NCBI RefSeq assembly: GCF_902713615.1
Contig: NC_052163.1
Location: 23,012,248-23,076,247 of the forward strand
DNA length: 64,000 nt
Source: Scyliorhinus canicula
Lineage: Eukaryota
Direction of reading: 5' to 3'
Within the stretch, counting starts at the first letter, position 1; the number at the start of each line of letters is the position of its first letter. Shown piece by piece: positions 1 through 12,423 of this stretch. A model generated the notes under the pieces. It saw nothing but the letters and a program-made list of their open reading frames with translations. It had not been told where the DNA came from and searched no databases. A program made the position numbers and the translations under genes.

Positions 1-657
1 CTTAATCCCCTGGTCACAAGGAGTTACAAATTACTGGGAGGGGTTAACGCTGTCGAACAGCAAGCTAGTCCTCCTCTGTGAAGCAGGAGGCAATGAGGGT
101 ATCTCTAGCCCTCCTGCCCATGCGCACCCTCGCCCCCACCTGGCAATCATCTTGGGCTCCTCAGCAGGCTCTTCTTCTCCATCAGGCACGTCCTCCTCGT
201 TCAGGGACACATGCAGCTCCTCCCAGGTCGTCCTCGGGAAGCTCCTCACCCTACTGCAGAGCCAGGTTGTGGAGGGAACAGCGGGCCACGACAATGCGGG
301 ACACTCTCTTGGGGCTATATTGTAGGGCCCCACCGGACCTCCAAAGCAGCAGAACCACATCTTCAACAGGGCAATGCACCACTTGATGATAGCTCAGATT
401 GCACTGTGCACCTGGTCTCCACAGCAGTCTGTGGCATCCACACTGGCATCATCAGCCCCCTGCACCTGTGACAGACTAGCTATGGGCCCAATCACCCCTT
501 CCTTCCCCCCCCCCCCCCCTCCAGCACCACCTGCCCCCCCAACCGCTTCCCCACACAGCACTCCCACACTCCCATCCTGCCAGAGCCCATGCATACACTG
601 CATCCATAACCTCACAGATATGGGTGGCTGCCTGGTAAATACCTTCCTCCTACTACC

Positions 658-691
<34 letters not shown>

Positions 692-2146
692 ACCGCTTCC
701 CCACACAGCACTCTCATCCTGTCAGGCCTGGCCCAGAGCCTATGCATACACTGCATCCGTAACCTCAGATATGGGTAGCTGCCTGTGAAATACCACAGTG
801 GTCCCCCGTGGAGCCCTGCAAGGACCCTGTGGCATAAAAAATGAGGGCTGCTGTGACCTTGACGGCCACACGGAGCGAGTGTCCTCCGCTGCCACATGGC
901 ACCAGTCCACAGGGACATGGCACAGGTGCCGCATTGTCACCTTTTCGGTGCGGACTCTTCGATGGCAGATGGTGTCGGAAAGCTCCCTGAAGGAAACCCT
1001 AACCTGGTAGGCCCTTAGTCTTCTTTGGCGCCTTCGAGTCCCCTGCATGGCTGGTGCGGCCTCCGGACCCTGATCCTGCACTGCAGCCCCCTGGTCCTGT
1101 CCTGCAGGATTTTCCATCGGAGCTGCTGCGCATTGCTGCTGGTGTCTGTGCTCCTCCAGTGCAATGATTATTAAGATAACCAGTTCCACTGCCTCCATCC
1201 AGATATCACTTGGAATCCTGCAAGGATGAGGGAGAAGGCCAGAGAGAGGGTCAGGTTGCTGTTGCAGCTTCTGACCATCATTATCTCCTCTCACCCATTG
1301 GCCTTCCTGACCTGGAAGCAGACGTTCCCAGAAGCTTGACAGCAGCCATTGCACAGTGACAGCTCAGGTGTCCTCCCATTGCCAGTCCATAACTGGCCAC
1401 GGCCTATGCCTTTGCCCACTTAGACTCGCCTGTAGCCCCCCATCTGGGTTTCCCCTCCCTTCAGCTCACTACCACTGGGGGTTCTCACAGGAGGGTCCTC
1501 ACAGGAGGGTGATGTTTTCCTTCATCCCAATAGTCCACTGTCAACTGGACAGTTATGCTCACCTTGCAGGGGGGGGGGGGGGAGGTGCTGCTAGATGCTG
1601 ACTGGCAGACATTGCGATCCCAGCAGAGAAGCAATGCCATTGCCTCTTGATCTGAAGGAAACCCTAATCTGGGTTTCTGGTAATCTGGGATCAAACCACC
1701 TACCTTACCGGCGGGACCAGGCAGCGCAGGCGGGCTCCGGGGGGGGGCCACTGATCGGCGGGCGGGCCCCACTGATCGGCAGGCGGGCCTGTGCCGTGGG
1801 GGCACTCTTTTCCTTCCACCTTCGCCATAGTCTTCATGATGGCGGAGGCGGAAGTGACCCCCTCCCCTGCACATGTGCGGGGATGACGTCAGCAGCCGCT
1901 GACGCTCCGGCGCATGCGTGGTCTTCTGCCGGCTGGCGAAGTCCATTCGGCCCCGGCTGGCGTGGCGCCAAAGGCCTTTCCCGCTGGCCGGCGGGGCGCC
2001 AACCACTCTGGCGCGGGCCTAGCCCCTCAATGTTAGGGCTTGGCCCTAGACTTCCGCACCTTTGGGGCGGCCCGACGGCGGGGTGGTTCACGCCACTCCA
2101 TCCTGCCGGTACCCCCCGCCCCGCTGGGTAGGGGAGAATCCCGCCC
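1..2146 (-). mobile_element. PIF/Harbinger DNA transposon relic (degenerate DDE transposase plus right terminus)
   Basis: Minus-strand frames give RAYQVRVSFRELSDTICHRRVR (HARBI1-like N-terminus, ~900-1030) and CIALLKMWFCC..LQYSPKRVSRIVVARCSLHNLA (C-terminus, ~255-385). Ends in ggagaatcccgccc, the TIR shared with MITEs elsewhere in the window. Confidence 0.75.
533..795. repeat. Imperfect tandem duplication (~110-115 bp x2) separated by a poly-C run
   Basis: aaccgcttccccacacagcact...atgcatacactgcatcc...cagatatgggt.gctgcctg...aaatacc occurs at ~541-643 and ~691-795. Confidence 0.85.
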
Positions 2147-2156
2147 AGTGTTTCTC

Positions 2157-2469
2157 AATAATAATAATCTTTATTACTGTCACAAGTAGCCTTACATTAA
2201 CACTGCAATGAAGTTACTGTGAAAATAGCCTAGTCGCCAAATTCTGGTGCCTGTTCGGGTACATTGAGGTAGAATTCAGAATGTCCATTTCACCTATCAA
2301 GCACATCTTTTGGGACTTGTGGGTGGAAACCGGAGCACCCAGAGCAAACCTACGCAGACATGGGGAGAACGTGCAGACTCCGCACAGACAGTGACCCAAG
2401 CCGGGAATCGAACCTGTGACCTGGCGCTGTGAAGCCAACAGTGCTAACCACTGTGCTATCATGCCGCCC
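2157..2469 (-). mobile_element. HE1-like V-SINE, tail type C (ends ...ctacttgtgaca..aataaagattattatt)
   Basis: tRNA-like head, V-domain (ctccccatgtctgcgt...tgctccggtttcc) and (ATT)n tail on the minus strand. Confidence 0.88.
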
Positions 2470-3421
2470 TTCAGGCCTCCTTTCAAATCAAACAACTGCG
2501 AAAATGTTTCACCTCAAATTTCACCCTCCATTCTTTCTCACTTTGAAAGTCCTTGCCTACCCGTTCAGATATTATTCTGCGAAAATAAACTCCAAACAAT
2601 CTGAACCCTAACAAAGAGGGGACCGGAAATTCAAAAACCAAAAAGAGTTTTTTATTATTTCTTTCTACCATCCACCTTTGAAAGGAAGTTGAATGAACGT
2701 AGATAATGAGAAAGTAGGTTTGTACTCTACTGGGAGATGAGGTGGTGCTGCAGGGCATTCTGAAGGAGGAGGGTGAACAACCAGAAGTCGTGGTCCATGT
2801 TGGGACCAATGACATAGGAAGAAAGAGAAATGAAGTCCTGTAAGCAGACTTTAGGGAGTCGGCAGGAAATTGAAAAGCAGGACTTCACAGGCAGTAATCT
2901 CCAGATCACTCCCCATAGCACACAATAGTGTGTATAGGAACAGAAGAATAGAGCAGATGACTGAGTGGCTGGAGAGATGGGTGCAGGAGGGAGGGCTTTA
3001 GATTTTTGGGGCTTCGTGGCTATTTCTGGAGGAGGTGGGACCTGATGACTTACATCAGAACAGGAACAGGACCAACATCCTCGCAGGGTGGTTTGCCAGT
3101 GCTGTTGGGGTGGACATAAATTAAATTGGCAGGGGGATGCGATCCTGACAAGTAGTTCAGACGGGAGAGAAGCTGAAATGGAATTAGAAGTGAAAACGCC
3201 AGTAAGTGAGTCCGAAAAGCAGAGGAACGTAGTATAGATAAGAAAGAAGTGAGTCTGGCAAGGCTAAATGGACTATATTTTAATGAAAGGAACCTGAGTT
3301 ATAAGACCGATGAGCTGATGGCACAGAATGGGCACATGAGAGCATGATATAGTTATGACTGAGACTTGACTGAAAGATGGGCAGGATTGGTAGCTCAACA
3401 TTCTTGATTAGCAAGGTCTCA

Positions 3422-3740
3422 GGGCAGCACGGTAGCACAAGTGGATAGCACAGTGGCTTCACAGCTCCGGTGTCCCATGTTCGATTCCCCGCTGGAGTCA
3501 CTGTCTGTGCGGAGCCTGCACGTTCTCCCCGTGTCTGCGTGGGTTTTCTCCGGGTGCTCCGGTTTCCTCCCACAGTCCAAAGACGTGCTGGTTAGGTGGA
3601 TTGGCCATGATAAATTGCCCTTAGTTTCCAAAAAGGTTAGGATGGGTCACTGGATTACAGGGATAGGGTGGAAGTGAGGGCTTAAGTGGGTCGGTGCAGA
3701 CTCGATGGGCCGAATGGCCTCCTTCTGTACTGTATGTTAT
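3422..3740 (+). mobile_element. HE1-like V-SINE, tail type A (CR1-like tail ...gatgggccgaatggcctccttctg)
   Basis: Full tRNA-like head gggcagcacggtagc...gttcgattccc, V-domain and LINE-derived tail. Confidence 0.92.
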
Positions 3741-3967
3741 AAGGTATTCAGACGAGATAGTAAGGGGGATAGAAGAGGAGAGGGTTGCAATATTTATCAA
3801 GGAATTAATTATAGCAGTGAGGAAGATATCCTGTAAGATCATCAAATGAGGCCATATGGATAGAGGTTTGGAACACAAAAGGGGCAAACACGCTGTTGGA
3901 TGTGTACTATAGGCCACCAAACAGTCAGGGAAAGATAGAGAATTAAATATGTAAACACATTTCACAA

Positions 3968-4267
3968 ATGGTTAGCACTGCTGCCTCACAGCGCCAGGGA
4001 CCCGGGTTCAATTCTGGCCTTGGGTGACTGTGGAGTTTTCCCTTTCTCCCCCTGTCTGTGTGGGTTTCCTCCGGGTGCTCCAGTTTCCTCCCACTGTCCA
4101 AAGATGTGTAGGTTAGGAGGATTGACCATGCTAAATTGCCCCTTAATATCCAGAGATGTACAGGTTAGGTGGGGTTAGGAATGGGCCTGGGTAGGGTGCT
4201 CTTTCAGAGGGTCGGTGCAGACTTGATGGGCTGAATGGCCTCCTTTCGCACTGTAGAAATTCTATGA
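3968..4267 (+). mobile_element. HE1-like V-SINE, tail type A, slightly 5'-truncated
   Basis: V-domain plus ggtcggtgcagacttgatgggctgaatggcc tail. Confidence 0.88.
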
Positions 4268-5989
4268 AATGTGTAGGAACAATAAGGCAGTAATTGGGGA
4301 TTTTAACTACCCAAATATTAACTGGGATAGTTTACTGTACAAGGTAGGGACGGAGCAAAAAAGCACCCAGGAGAACTTTTTAGCCAGGAGGTAGAAAGCA
4401 GAGGGGTCATTTCTGGACCTAATGTTCGGAAATGAGTCCGGGCAGGTGGAAGGCGTATCAGTAGGCAGGCGTTTTGGAGATGGTGACCATAATTCAGTTA
4501 GATTTAGGACGGAAAAGGATAAAGATGGTGTGGGAATTAAAATTCTTGACTGGGGAAAGGCAAATTTTACTAAGATAAGATCTGATTTGGCCCAAGTGAA
4601 CTAGGAGTAGCTACTTGCAGATAAAGCTGTCAGATAAAACGCTGAAAAACGGGATTAGTGTAATCAGATTTTTGTTGACCAGCGTGGAGATGATAAGGCA
4701 AATGGCTTCCTTCTCTGCTGTAAACATCTATGGATCTACGAGCTGATTTCTTGCTACAGCTGTTCCGTACAGTAGCCAAATCAATTTAGAGATTTTTCTC
4801 CCCCCCCCCAAATACCTCATTCAGTGCACCTAATGGAAACTGATGTGCATTTTAGAGTTTCCCTGTATATAAAGCTGCTCTTTGGACTTCTTAAAGCAAA
4901 CTGGAATATCTTTATTGTTTTTATCTACAACTGATAAACAAATAGACAGCTGTGCGAATAGGAACATTACAATTTCTCTCTCATCATGTTGCTACTGCTG
5001 GACTTCAAATATGGGTATTAGGAATGTCAATTACAGCATCTTTGCTTGCTCTGAGGCTTTCCTCAAGCAAGAGTCCCAATTAAGGAAACCTTGGCATTAA
5101 ATGTGCATTCAGTTGGCATAATGCTCAGAACTTCCCACTAATCTTGAATTTCCGAAACGGAAGCACTTTTATCAGTCACATTGGCCTGGAACTGCTGCTC
5201 GGCTTAACCTGCTCCACCCCCAAATTCTGCTCCGCGTTTCTCACCGGGTTTTTGGACCCTGACTTCTCCAGAAATGCGGTGCACTGCGTCACTCGGAAAA
5301 CTCCATCACAGTGCTGGAGCTTGGGGGGGGGGGGGGCACGGTTGGAGCACTAGCTGCCATATGGTAAGCTTAAATGTCCAGTGTGAATTTGTGAATGAGT
5401 TAATGCATAGGGTGGGTATGGTAGCACATGAATGAGGTGGTAAGTGAATCGGAGGGTAGTCAGGTCAGCTTGGTGGTGGGGGTGTTAGTCAGTGTGTGTG
5501 ATTGGGGGGTAAGTTCTGTTGTTACTCGGGACTTCGACTTTTCTGTTTGACGTTTACTGGGGAGCTATTCAGGGAAGTTCCATGGAAATGCCAGAGAGTC
5601 TCAGACATATGCAGAGGCTCGTGGGAAGCAGGGGAATTTCCCATTGGATGTTCAGGCTTCCGAGGCAATTCCCATGGCAGTCAGCGGGTCAGGACTTCCT
5701 CCGGGTCCTGGCATGCATTTTGGGCCAGACATCCGTGCTCACAATAATCCAGTGACCAGAAAATCTGGACTATTATCCTCCTCCAGAAGACAGAGTAATG
5801 TGTCTACCCTTCTGCAAAATAGTTATGTGCAACTGCACCGAGCCCAAGAAACCCCTGCCATTAAGTGATGCTCACGCTGTTTTAACAGGACATGTTTTTT
5901 TTCTTTATTCTTTCAAGGGATGCAGGCATAGCTGGCAAGGTCAGCATTTGCTGTCCAACCCTAATTGCCCTAAATGGCTTGCTAGGTCA

Positions 5990-7070
5990 TTTTTTGAAAA
6001 AGTATTTTTATTCCAAATTTTCAACATTTTTACAAGTTACAACAGTAACAAACCCACCCAACACATTAAAACCCCCACCCATACCACCCCTTCCCTCAAC
6101 AGTCAATGGTAACCAACTCCCCAAAATGCAAAATTCACAAACCCCAAACTTTTGTAAAACCCATCACTTGCCCCCTTAGAGCAAATTTCACCTTCTCCAG
6201 GACTGAAAACCCCAGCAGGTCACCCCCGTCACAGGATGGAGAAGCTGACCTCCACCCCAACAAGTTCCGCCTGCGAGCAATCAGGAGTCGAAGGCTAAGA
6301 CATTTGCACCCGTCTGCAACTCTGGCTGGTCAGACACCCCGAATATGGCTTCCAGGGGACCGGGCTCCAATCAACATGCAAACTCCTGAAATGTTGCTGA
6401 AAACCACCCTCCAAAACCTTTCCAGCTTCGGGCAGGACCAAAATATATGTACATGTTTCGCAGGGGCCCTCTCAGCGCTCACAGGCATCCTCCACCCCCT
6501 CAAACAGCTGGCTCATCCGTGACTTTGTCAGGTTCATCCTGTACACCACCTTCAGCTGTATCAGCCCCAGCCTGGCACACAAAATCGAGGCATTCACTCT
6601 CCACAGCATCTCGCATCGCAATCCCTCCTCCAGCGCCGCCCCCAGCTCTTCCTCAACCCCCTCCATAGACACCTTATCCTCCTACAAAACCTTCCCATAA
6701 ATTGCTGAGATGACCCCCCCCTCCAACCTCCCCCATCCCCCACCACTGACAGCACCGCCTCGAGCAACACGGAGGCAAGCACTATCGGGAAGGTTAGGAA
6801 GACCTTCCTTGTAAAGTCCCACACCTGCACACACCAGAAACTCTCCTCTGCGCCAACCCAAACTTCTCATTCAGCTCCTCCAAGCCCGCAAACTGCTCTC
6901 CCAGAAACTGATCCTTCATCTCCCCAATCCCCTTCTCTGCCCACCCCCGGAACCTTGCATCCATCCTACCCCGGCTCAAACCCGTGATTTCCTCTGATCG
7001 ACAGCTCCCCCCCCCCCCCCCCCCCCCCCCCGACCTCGCTCCCAATCAAAAATGCTGCCGAAACTGCATT
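5990..7070 (-). mobile_element. L1-like LINE, 3' fragment of ORF2
   Basis: Minus-strand peptides RVNASILCARLGLIQLKVVYR and FRYVQVWDF-like; H.FWSCPKL at ~6425-6450. Confidence 0.85.
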
Positions 7071-7302
7071 AAAAATGTGAAATTTTGTGGCATAGTTCTA
7101 TTAGCTATATACTGGGTGTTCTGATTTCTCTTTAAATGTTAATAGTCCCCAACAGCGTCGTAACAACTTGAATAGGGAACAGTTCTTAAACCTACTAAGT
7201 TTGTTAATATTATACTGTACATTGAAACTAAGTTTCACAATGGTATTCTTAATTAAATTTCTATTGGTTATTTTATTAATGAATGTTTCTTTTCTAAAAC
7301 AG

Positions 7303-7431
7303 GAGTAGGTTTCTCTCTCAGCTTCCTTCCCACAGTCACAATCCTCTCCCAGTACTTTGATAAATATCGCTCTCTTGTCATTGCTGTGGCATCCACAGGA
7401 GAATGTTTTGCTACCTTCGTTTTTGCACCCG
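7303..7431 (+). CDS. SLC16A6: Monocarboxylate transporter 7 (MCT7), internal coding exon (129 bp, phase 1-1)
   Basis: Acceptor ttttctaaaacag|GA and donor CCCG|gtaagt. Translates (G)[42 protein letters not shown](A), matching the SLC16A6-type segment [13 protein letters not shown]...[10 protein letters not shown]. Not in the ORF track. Confidence 0.95.
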
Positions 7432-8099
7432 GTAAGTGCTATAAATTGACATTATAGCCTTTAAATTGAAAATTCTGAGAATTGTTGGCTGATAAGTGCA
7501 CTTCTTGCCAAGTATTTATTGTCCTTCACTGCATTGCTGTAACTTGCAAAGATGAAGACTTATTTTATTTTAACTTCAATCATAATTGTTTTTAGGCCAG
7601 ATGAATTACTACTGGTAGTACCACCACCACCACTTCTAAAAATTTACTTAACCAAGCAACGTTTCAAACACCTTTGCATGGATTTACAATTGGATTAGTT
7701 TTACATTCATCTAAAACTGCATTATTCACTGATACGTGTTGATCACCTGTGACTTTGAGCAGGAGTCAATACCAAGTGTATACTATAACTGGTACAATAA
7801 AGATGACAAACTCACCTCACAGAATAATAAAAAAGTCATTTAAAAATGTTGGTTAATTAACTGCAGATATTTTAATCTTGATCTTCCAAAACATATACAA
7901 TTTAGGAACTGTCCTCTTGGATTGAGGTAGGGTGGGAGAGAGAGGTACGGAATTTGTAGGCGTAAATAATCTATTATTAGGAACAGGACAATTAAGTATT
8001 TACCAGAGGGCCACCACTGATTTGCAACAGGCAAGTAATGTTCATCAAGCCGAGTTGATTTTTTGGCAGAGATCACTAATGTAGTTGACCATTGATGTT

Positions 8100-8705
8100 A
8101 TTCATTTTTGAAAATTAGTTCACAGGGTGTGAGCTTTGCTGGCAAAGTCAGCAATGGTTGCCCATCCCTAGTTGCCCTTGAACTGAGTGGCTAGCTAGGC
8201 TATTTGAAAGGACGGCTAAGAGACAACCACGTTGCTGTGGGTTTGAAGTTAGACCAGGTAAGATGGTGGCGTAGTGGTATTGGCACTGGACTAGTAAACC
8301 AGAGACTCAGAGTAATGCTCTGGAGATCCAGGTTCAAATCCTACCACTGCAGAGGGTGAAATTTGAATTAATTAAAAGTCTGATGATGACCAGGAAACCA
8401 TTGTTTCAGGAACCTATTTGGTTCACTAATGCCCTTTAGGGAAGGAAATCTGCCGTCCTTACCTTGTCTGGCCAACATGTGACTTCAGACTTACAGTAAT
8501 GTGGTTGACTCTTAACTGCCCCCTTCAGGGCAATTAGGGATGGGCAATAAATGCTGGCCCAGCCTGCGACGCTCACATCCCATGAACAAAAAAAGATAGC
8601 AGATTTCCTTCCCTCATTAATGAACCAGAAGTTCTGATTGCTGAGACTGGGTTTATATTCCAGATTTATTAATTACATTTAAGTTCCACCAGCTGCCGTG
8701 TAGGT
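8100..8705. mobile_element. Second tRNA-derived SINE family (family E): + copy at ~8264-8594 nested inside a - copy
   Basis: Head ggtggcgtagtggtattggcactggactagtaa..ggttcaaatcc and tail gggcaattagggatgggcaataaatgctggcc..cacatcccatgaa. The flanks are the reverse complement of the same family. Confidence 0.8.
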
Positions 8706-9105
8706 CAGAGTATTTGTTAAATATTGCAAAGTTGGGATATTCCAGAAGTCAATTAAGAATGTTCCACTGAAGAAACTTACTAAAATTAGAAGCACATGGA
8801 ACTGAAGGCAACTTATCATGAATAGGGAATTAGTTCTGAAGCTGGAGACAGAGAACCGGGATAATATCTTAATTAGCAGGATGTGAATAGTAGTGCACCC
8901 AGAGATTTGGAACCTCAGCTTTTCTCTAATATTTATCAATGATTTAGATGAAGGAATAGAGCGACATTATCAGTTTGCTGACTTAACACTTGGATAGTGC
9001 ATCAAGTCATGTTGATTCAAGCAGAAAGTTGCAATGGAACATTGATTGAGTGGGTAAATCTGTGGTAGATGGAGTTCACTGTAGGAAAATGGGAGGTCAT
9101 CTACA

Positions 9106-10678
9106 TTTTAAAATTCATTTATGAGATAGCGACATCGCTGGCTAGATCAGCATTTGTTGCCCATCCTTAGTTGCCCTTGAGAAGTTGGTGGTGAGCTGCC
9201 TTCTTGAACCTCTGCAGTCCCTGAAGTGTAGGTAGACCCAGAGTGCTGTTAGGGAGGGAGTGCCAGGATGTTGACCCAGCGACAGTGAAGGAACGGTGAT
9301 ATATTTCCAACTTGGGAGGGGCGCCTCCAGGTGGTGGTGTTCCCATGTATCTGCTGGTCTTATCCTACTAGATGGAGTAGTCTTGGGTTTGATGTCCCAG
9401 GTGTTGCCTAAGGAACCTTGGTGAGTCCCTGCAGTGCATCTTATAAATGGTACACATGGCTGCCAAGGTTAAAAAGTGGTGGAGGGATTGAATGTTTGTG
9501 GAAGAGGTGGCAATCAAGTGGGCTGCTTTGTCCTGGATGGTGTCAAACTTCTTGAGTGTAGTTGAGTTGCACTCATCGAGGCAATTATACTCCTGACTTG
9601 TGCCTTGTAGATGGTGGACAGGCTTTGGGGAGTCAGACGTTGAGTTATTTGCACAGGATTCCTAGCCTCTGACTTGCTCTGGTAGCCAGAGTATTTATGT
9701 GGATAGTCCAGTTCAGTTTCACGTCACTGGTAACCCAGGATTTTGATAGTGGAGTATTCAGCGATGGTAATGCCACTGAATATCAAGGTTAGATTCGCTC
9801 TTGTTGGAGATGATCATTGCCTGCCATTTCTGTGGCGTGATTGTTACTTGCCACTTGTCAGCCCAAGCCTGGATATTGTCCAGGTCTTGCTGCATTTAGA
9901 CATGGACTGCTTCATTATCTGAGGAGTCGTGAATTATACTGAACATTGTGCAGGGATCAGTGAACATTCCAACTTCTGACCTTATGAGAAAGGAAGGTAA
10001 TTGATGAAGCAGCTGAAAATGGTTGTGCCTAGGGCACTACCCTGAGGAACTCCGAAAGCTGAGATGATTGACCTCCAGCCACCACAACCATTTTTCTTTG
10101 TGTCAAGTCTGACCCCAACCAGCAGAGAGTTTCCCCCGATTCCCATGGACTCCAGTTTTACTGGTGCTCCTCGATTCCATACCGAGTCAAATGCTGCCTT
10201 GATGTCAAGGGCAGTCATTTTCACCTCGCCTCTGGCATTCAGCTCTTTTGTCCATGTTTGAACCAAGGCTGTCGTGAGGTCAGGAGCTGAGTGATCCTGC
10301 TGGAACCCAAACTCAGCATCTGTGAGCAGATTATTGCTGAGTTAAGTGCCACTAGATAGCGCTGTTGATTGCCCCTTCCATCGCCTTACTGACGATCGAG
10401 AGAATGCTTCAGCCTTATATTTTGCACATACTTGCTGGGCTCTTCCATCATTGAGGATGGGGATACTTGTGGAGCCTCATCCTCCAGTGAGTTGTTTAAT
10501 TGTCCACCACCATTCGCGGCTGGATGTCGCAGGACTGCAGAGCTTAAATCTGATCCGTTGTTTGTGGGAGCGCTTGGCTCTATTACTTGCTGCTTATGCT
10601 GTTTGGCACACAAGTATTTCTGTGTTGCAGCTTCACCAGGTTGACCCCTCATTTTTAACTATGCCTGGTGTTGGACCA
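9106..10678 (-). mobile_element. LINE 3' half (RT domain) whose tail is shared with SINE family E
   Basis: ORF 9982..10266 gives TALDIKAAFDSVW...GVPQGSALG..IFSCFINYLP (RT motifs). The tail at 9110-9215 is the reverse complement of gggcaa.tagggatgggcaa.aaatgctg. Confidence 0.85.
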
Positions 10679-10874
10679 TAGGAGAACAGAGTAGTTGTTA
10701 AATGTTTAAATTTTAAAAAAACTAGTAGATAGACACAAAAAAAAAGCCAATGGAATGTTTGTCTTCAACTCAAGTGGGATGGAAATCTGGTTAGATTGGA
10801 TCTGGAGCAGTATGTTTAGTTCTTCACGAGCACTTCAGCAAGGACATATTGGCATCCAAAGGGTTAAAGTACAG

Positions 10875-11764
10875 GGGCGGGATTCTCCCATCGCGTGGCT
10901 AAGTGTTGACGCCGGGGTAAAAACGGGAATGTTTTACCCCGGCGTCAACAGGCTTTTTGGTGCCCGATTCTCCGGGCAACAGGGGGCTAGCATGGGGCTG
11001 GAGCTGCCCACGCGTCAACTGGGCGCAACGGGGTCCACGCATGCGCACTGGCACCAACGCGCGCATGCGCAGTGGCTCCCTTCTCCGCGCCAGACCCGAC
11101 GCCAAATGGCGTAGGGCTACAGGGGCCGTTGCGGAAGAAAGGAGGCCCCCAGCCCAAGAGGCCGGCCTGCCGATCGGTGGGCCCCGATCGCGGGCCAGGC
11201 CACAACAGAGGGGCCCCCCCCCCCCACGGGGTCGGACCCACCTCCACCCCCACAGGCCGCCCCCGGACCCTTCGATGCCGAAGTCCCGCCGGCTCAGAGC
11301 ACGTTTCATAGAATTTAGAGTGCAGAAGGAGGCCATTCGGCCCATCTAGTCTGCACCGGCTCTTGGAAAGAGCACCCGACCCAAGGTCAACACCTCGACC
11401 CTATCCCCATAACCCAGTAACCCCACCCAACACGAAGGGCAATTTATAATGGCCAATCCACCTAACCTGCACATCTTTGGACTGTGGGAGGAAACCGGAG
11501 CACCCGGAGGAAACCCACACACACACACTGGGAGGATGTGCAGACTCAGCACAGACAGTGACCCAAGCCGAAATTGAACCTGGGACCCTGGAGCTGTGAA
11601 GCAATTATGCTATCCACAATGCTACCGGGACTCGGGTTTTTTTATCACGGCCGCTCGGCCCATCCGGGCCAGAGAATCGTGGGGTGGCCGCGTAGACCAG
11701 CGCCGCACCGACTATGCCAGCACCAATGGCGCCGATTCTCCACTCTGCAGAGAAAATCCCGCCC
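10875..11764. mobile_element. Harbinger-type MITE (with nested V-SINE at 11308-11627, -)
   Basis: TIRs gggcgggattctcc / gaaaatcccgccc, 3-bp TSD cag at 10872-10874 and 11765-11767, and CpG-rich interior. Confidence 0.85.
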
Positions 11765-12423
11765 CAGATACGCCAGAATGAAGAAGTTACCGAAAAGGTT
11801 TAAATTATGCCGTACGGTTATAAGTTTGTATTAAGGGATGATCTCATTGAAATGTTTAAGATTATTAAAGGATTTGATCAAGTAGATGGACAGAGTCCAG
11901 AAAGGGGATGCAAAACCTTGGAAGTACAGATAGGCTGTTTCGGAGTCACGTCAGGAAGCACTTCTTCACAAATAATTACTGCAGCTCCCGGGATTTCCCG
12001 GGTTTTCGGAGCTGGAGTGGCAGCTGGGGACATTGTGGACCATCCGCGGGTGTCGTAGCATGCACGTATAGAGAAGTGGTCACACCACAGGCTCAGACTC
12101 CACAGGCAGGAAGGGAATAGGTGATCACCAAGCAGAGCGAGAGAGCTGGGCAGGCAGTACAGAAATATCCTGTAGCCATTCTCCTGCAAAAAAGATATAC
12201 CGCTTTAGATACTATTGAGGGGAATGACCTCTCGGGGTAAGCAGCAACAGCCAAATTTGTTGCACCACAGTTTGTTCTGATGCAGAGCATTTCTATGGCC
12301 ACAAAGGAGACTCCAGGATGGTATGTTGCCTCCCTAGTGCTAGGGTCAAGGGTGTTGCAGAGCAGTTACAGGACATTCTGGAGGGGGAGGTTGAACAGTC
12401 GGTGGTCGTGGTACACATCAGTA

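Larger units (their letters stand above)
2705..4740 (+). mobile_element. CR1 LINE relic (ORF1 esterase, endonuclease fragments, 3' tail), split by two SINEs
   Basis: GEQPEVVVHVGTNDIG at ~2772-2818, YRPPNS at ~3908, GDFNYPNINW at ~4296-4325 and DGDHNSV at ~4478; many stops and frameshifts. Confidence 0.85.
7870..11975 (+). mobile_element. Old fragmented CR1 (RT and 3' part) hosting nested SINEs, a LINE and a MITE
   Basis: FINDLDEG/FAD-like segment at ~8930-8985 and CR1 3' motifs (gatctcattgaaatgtttaagatt, cacttcttcacaaa) at 11840-11975. Confidence 0.65.

Noticed and set aside
3422-3500. tRNA-like sequences at SINE starts
   Set aside because: They are SINE heads followed directly by the V-domain, not free tRNA genes.
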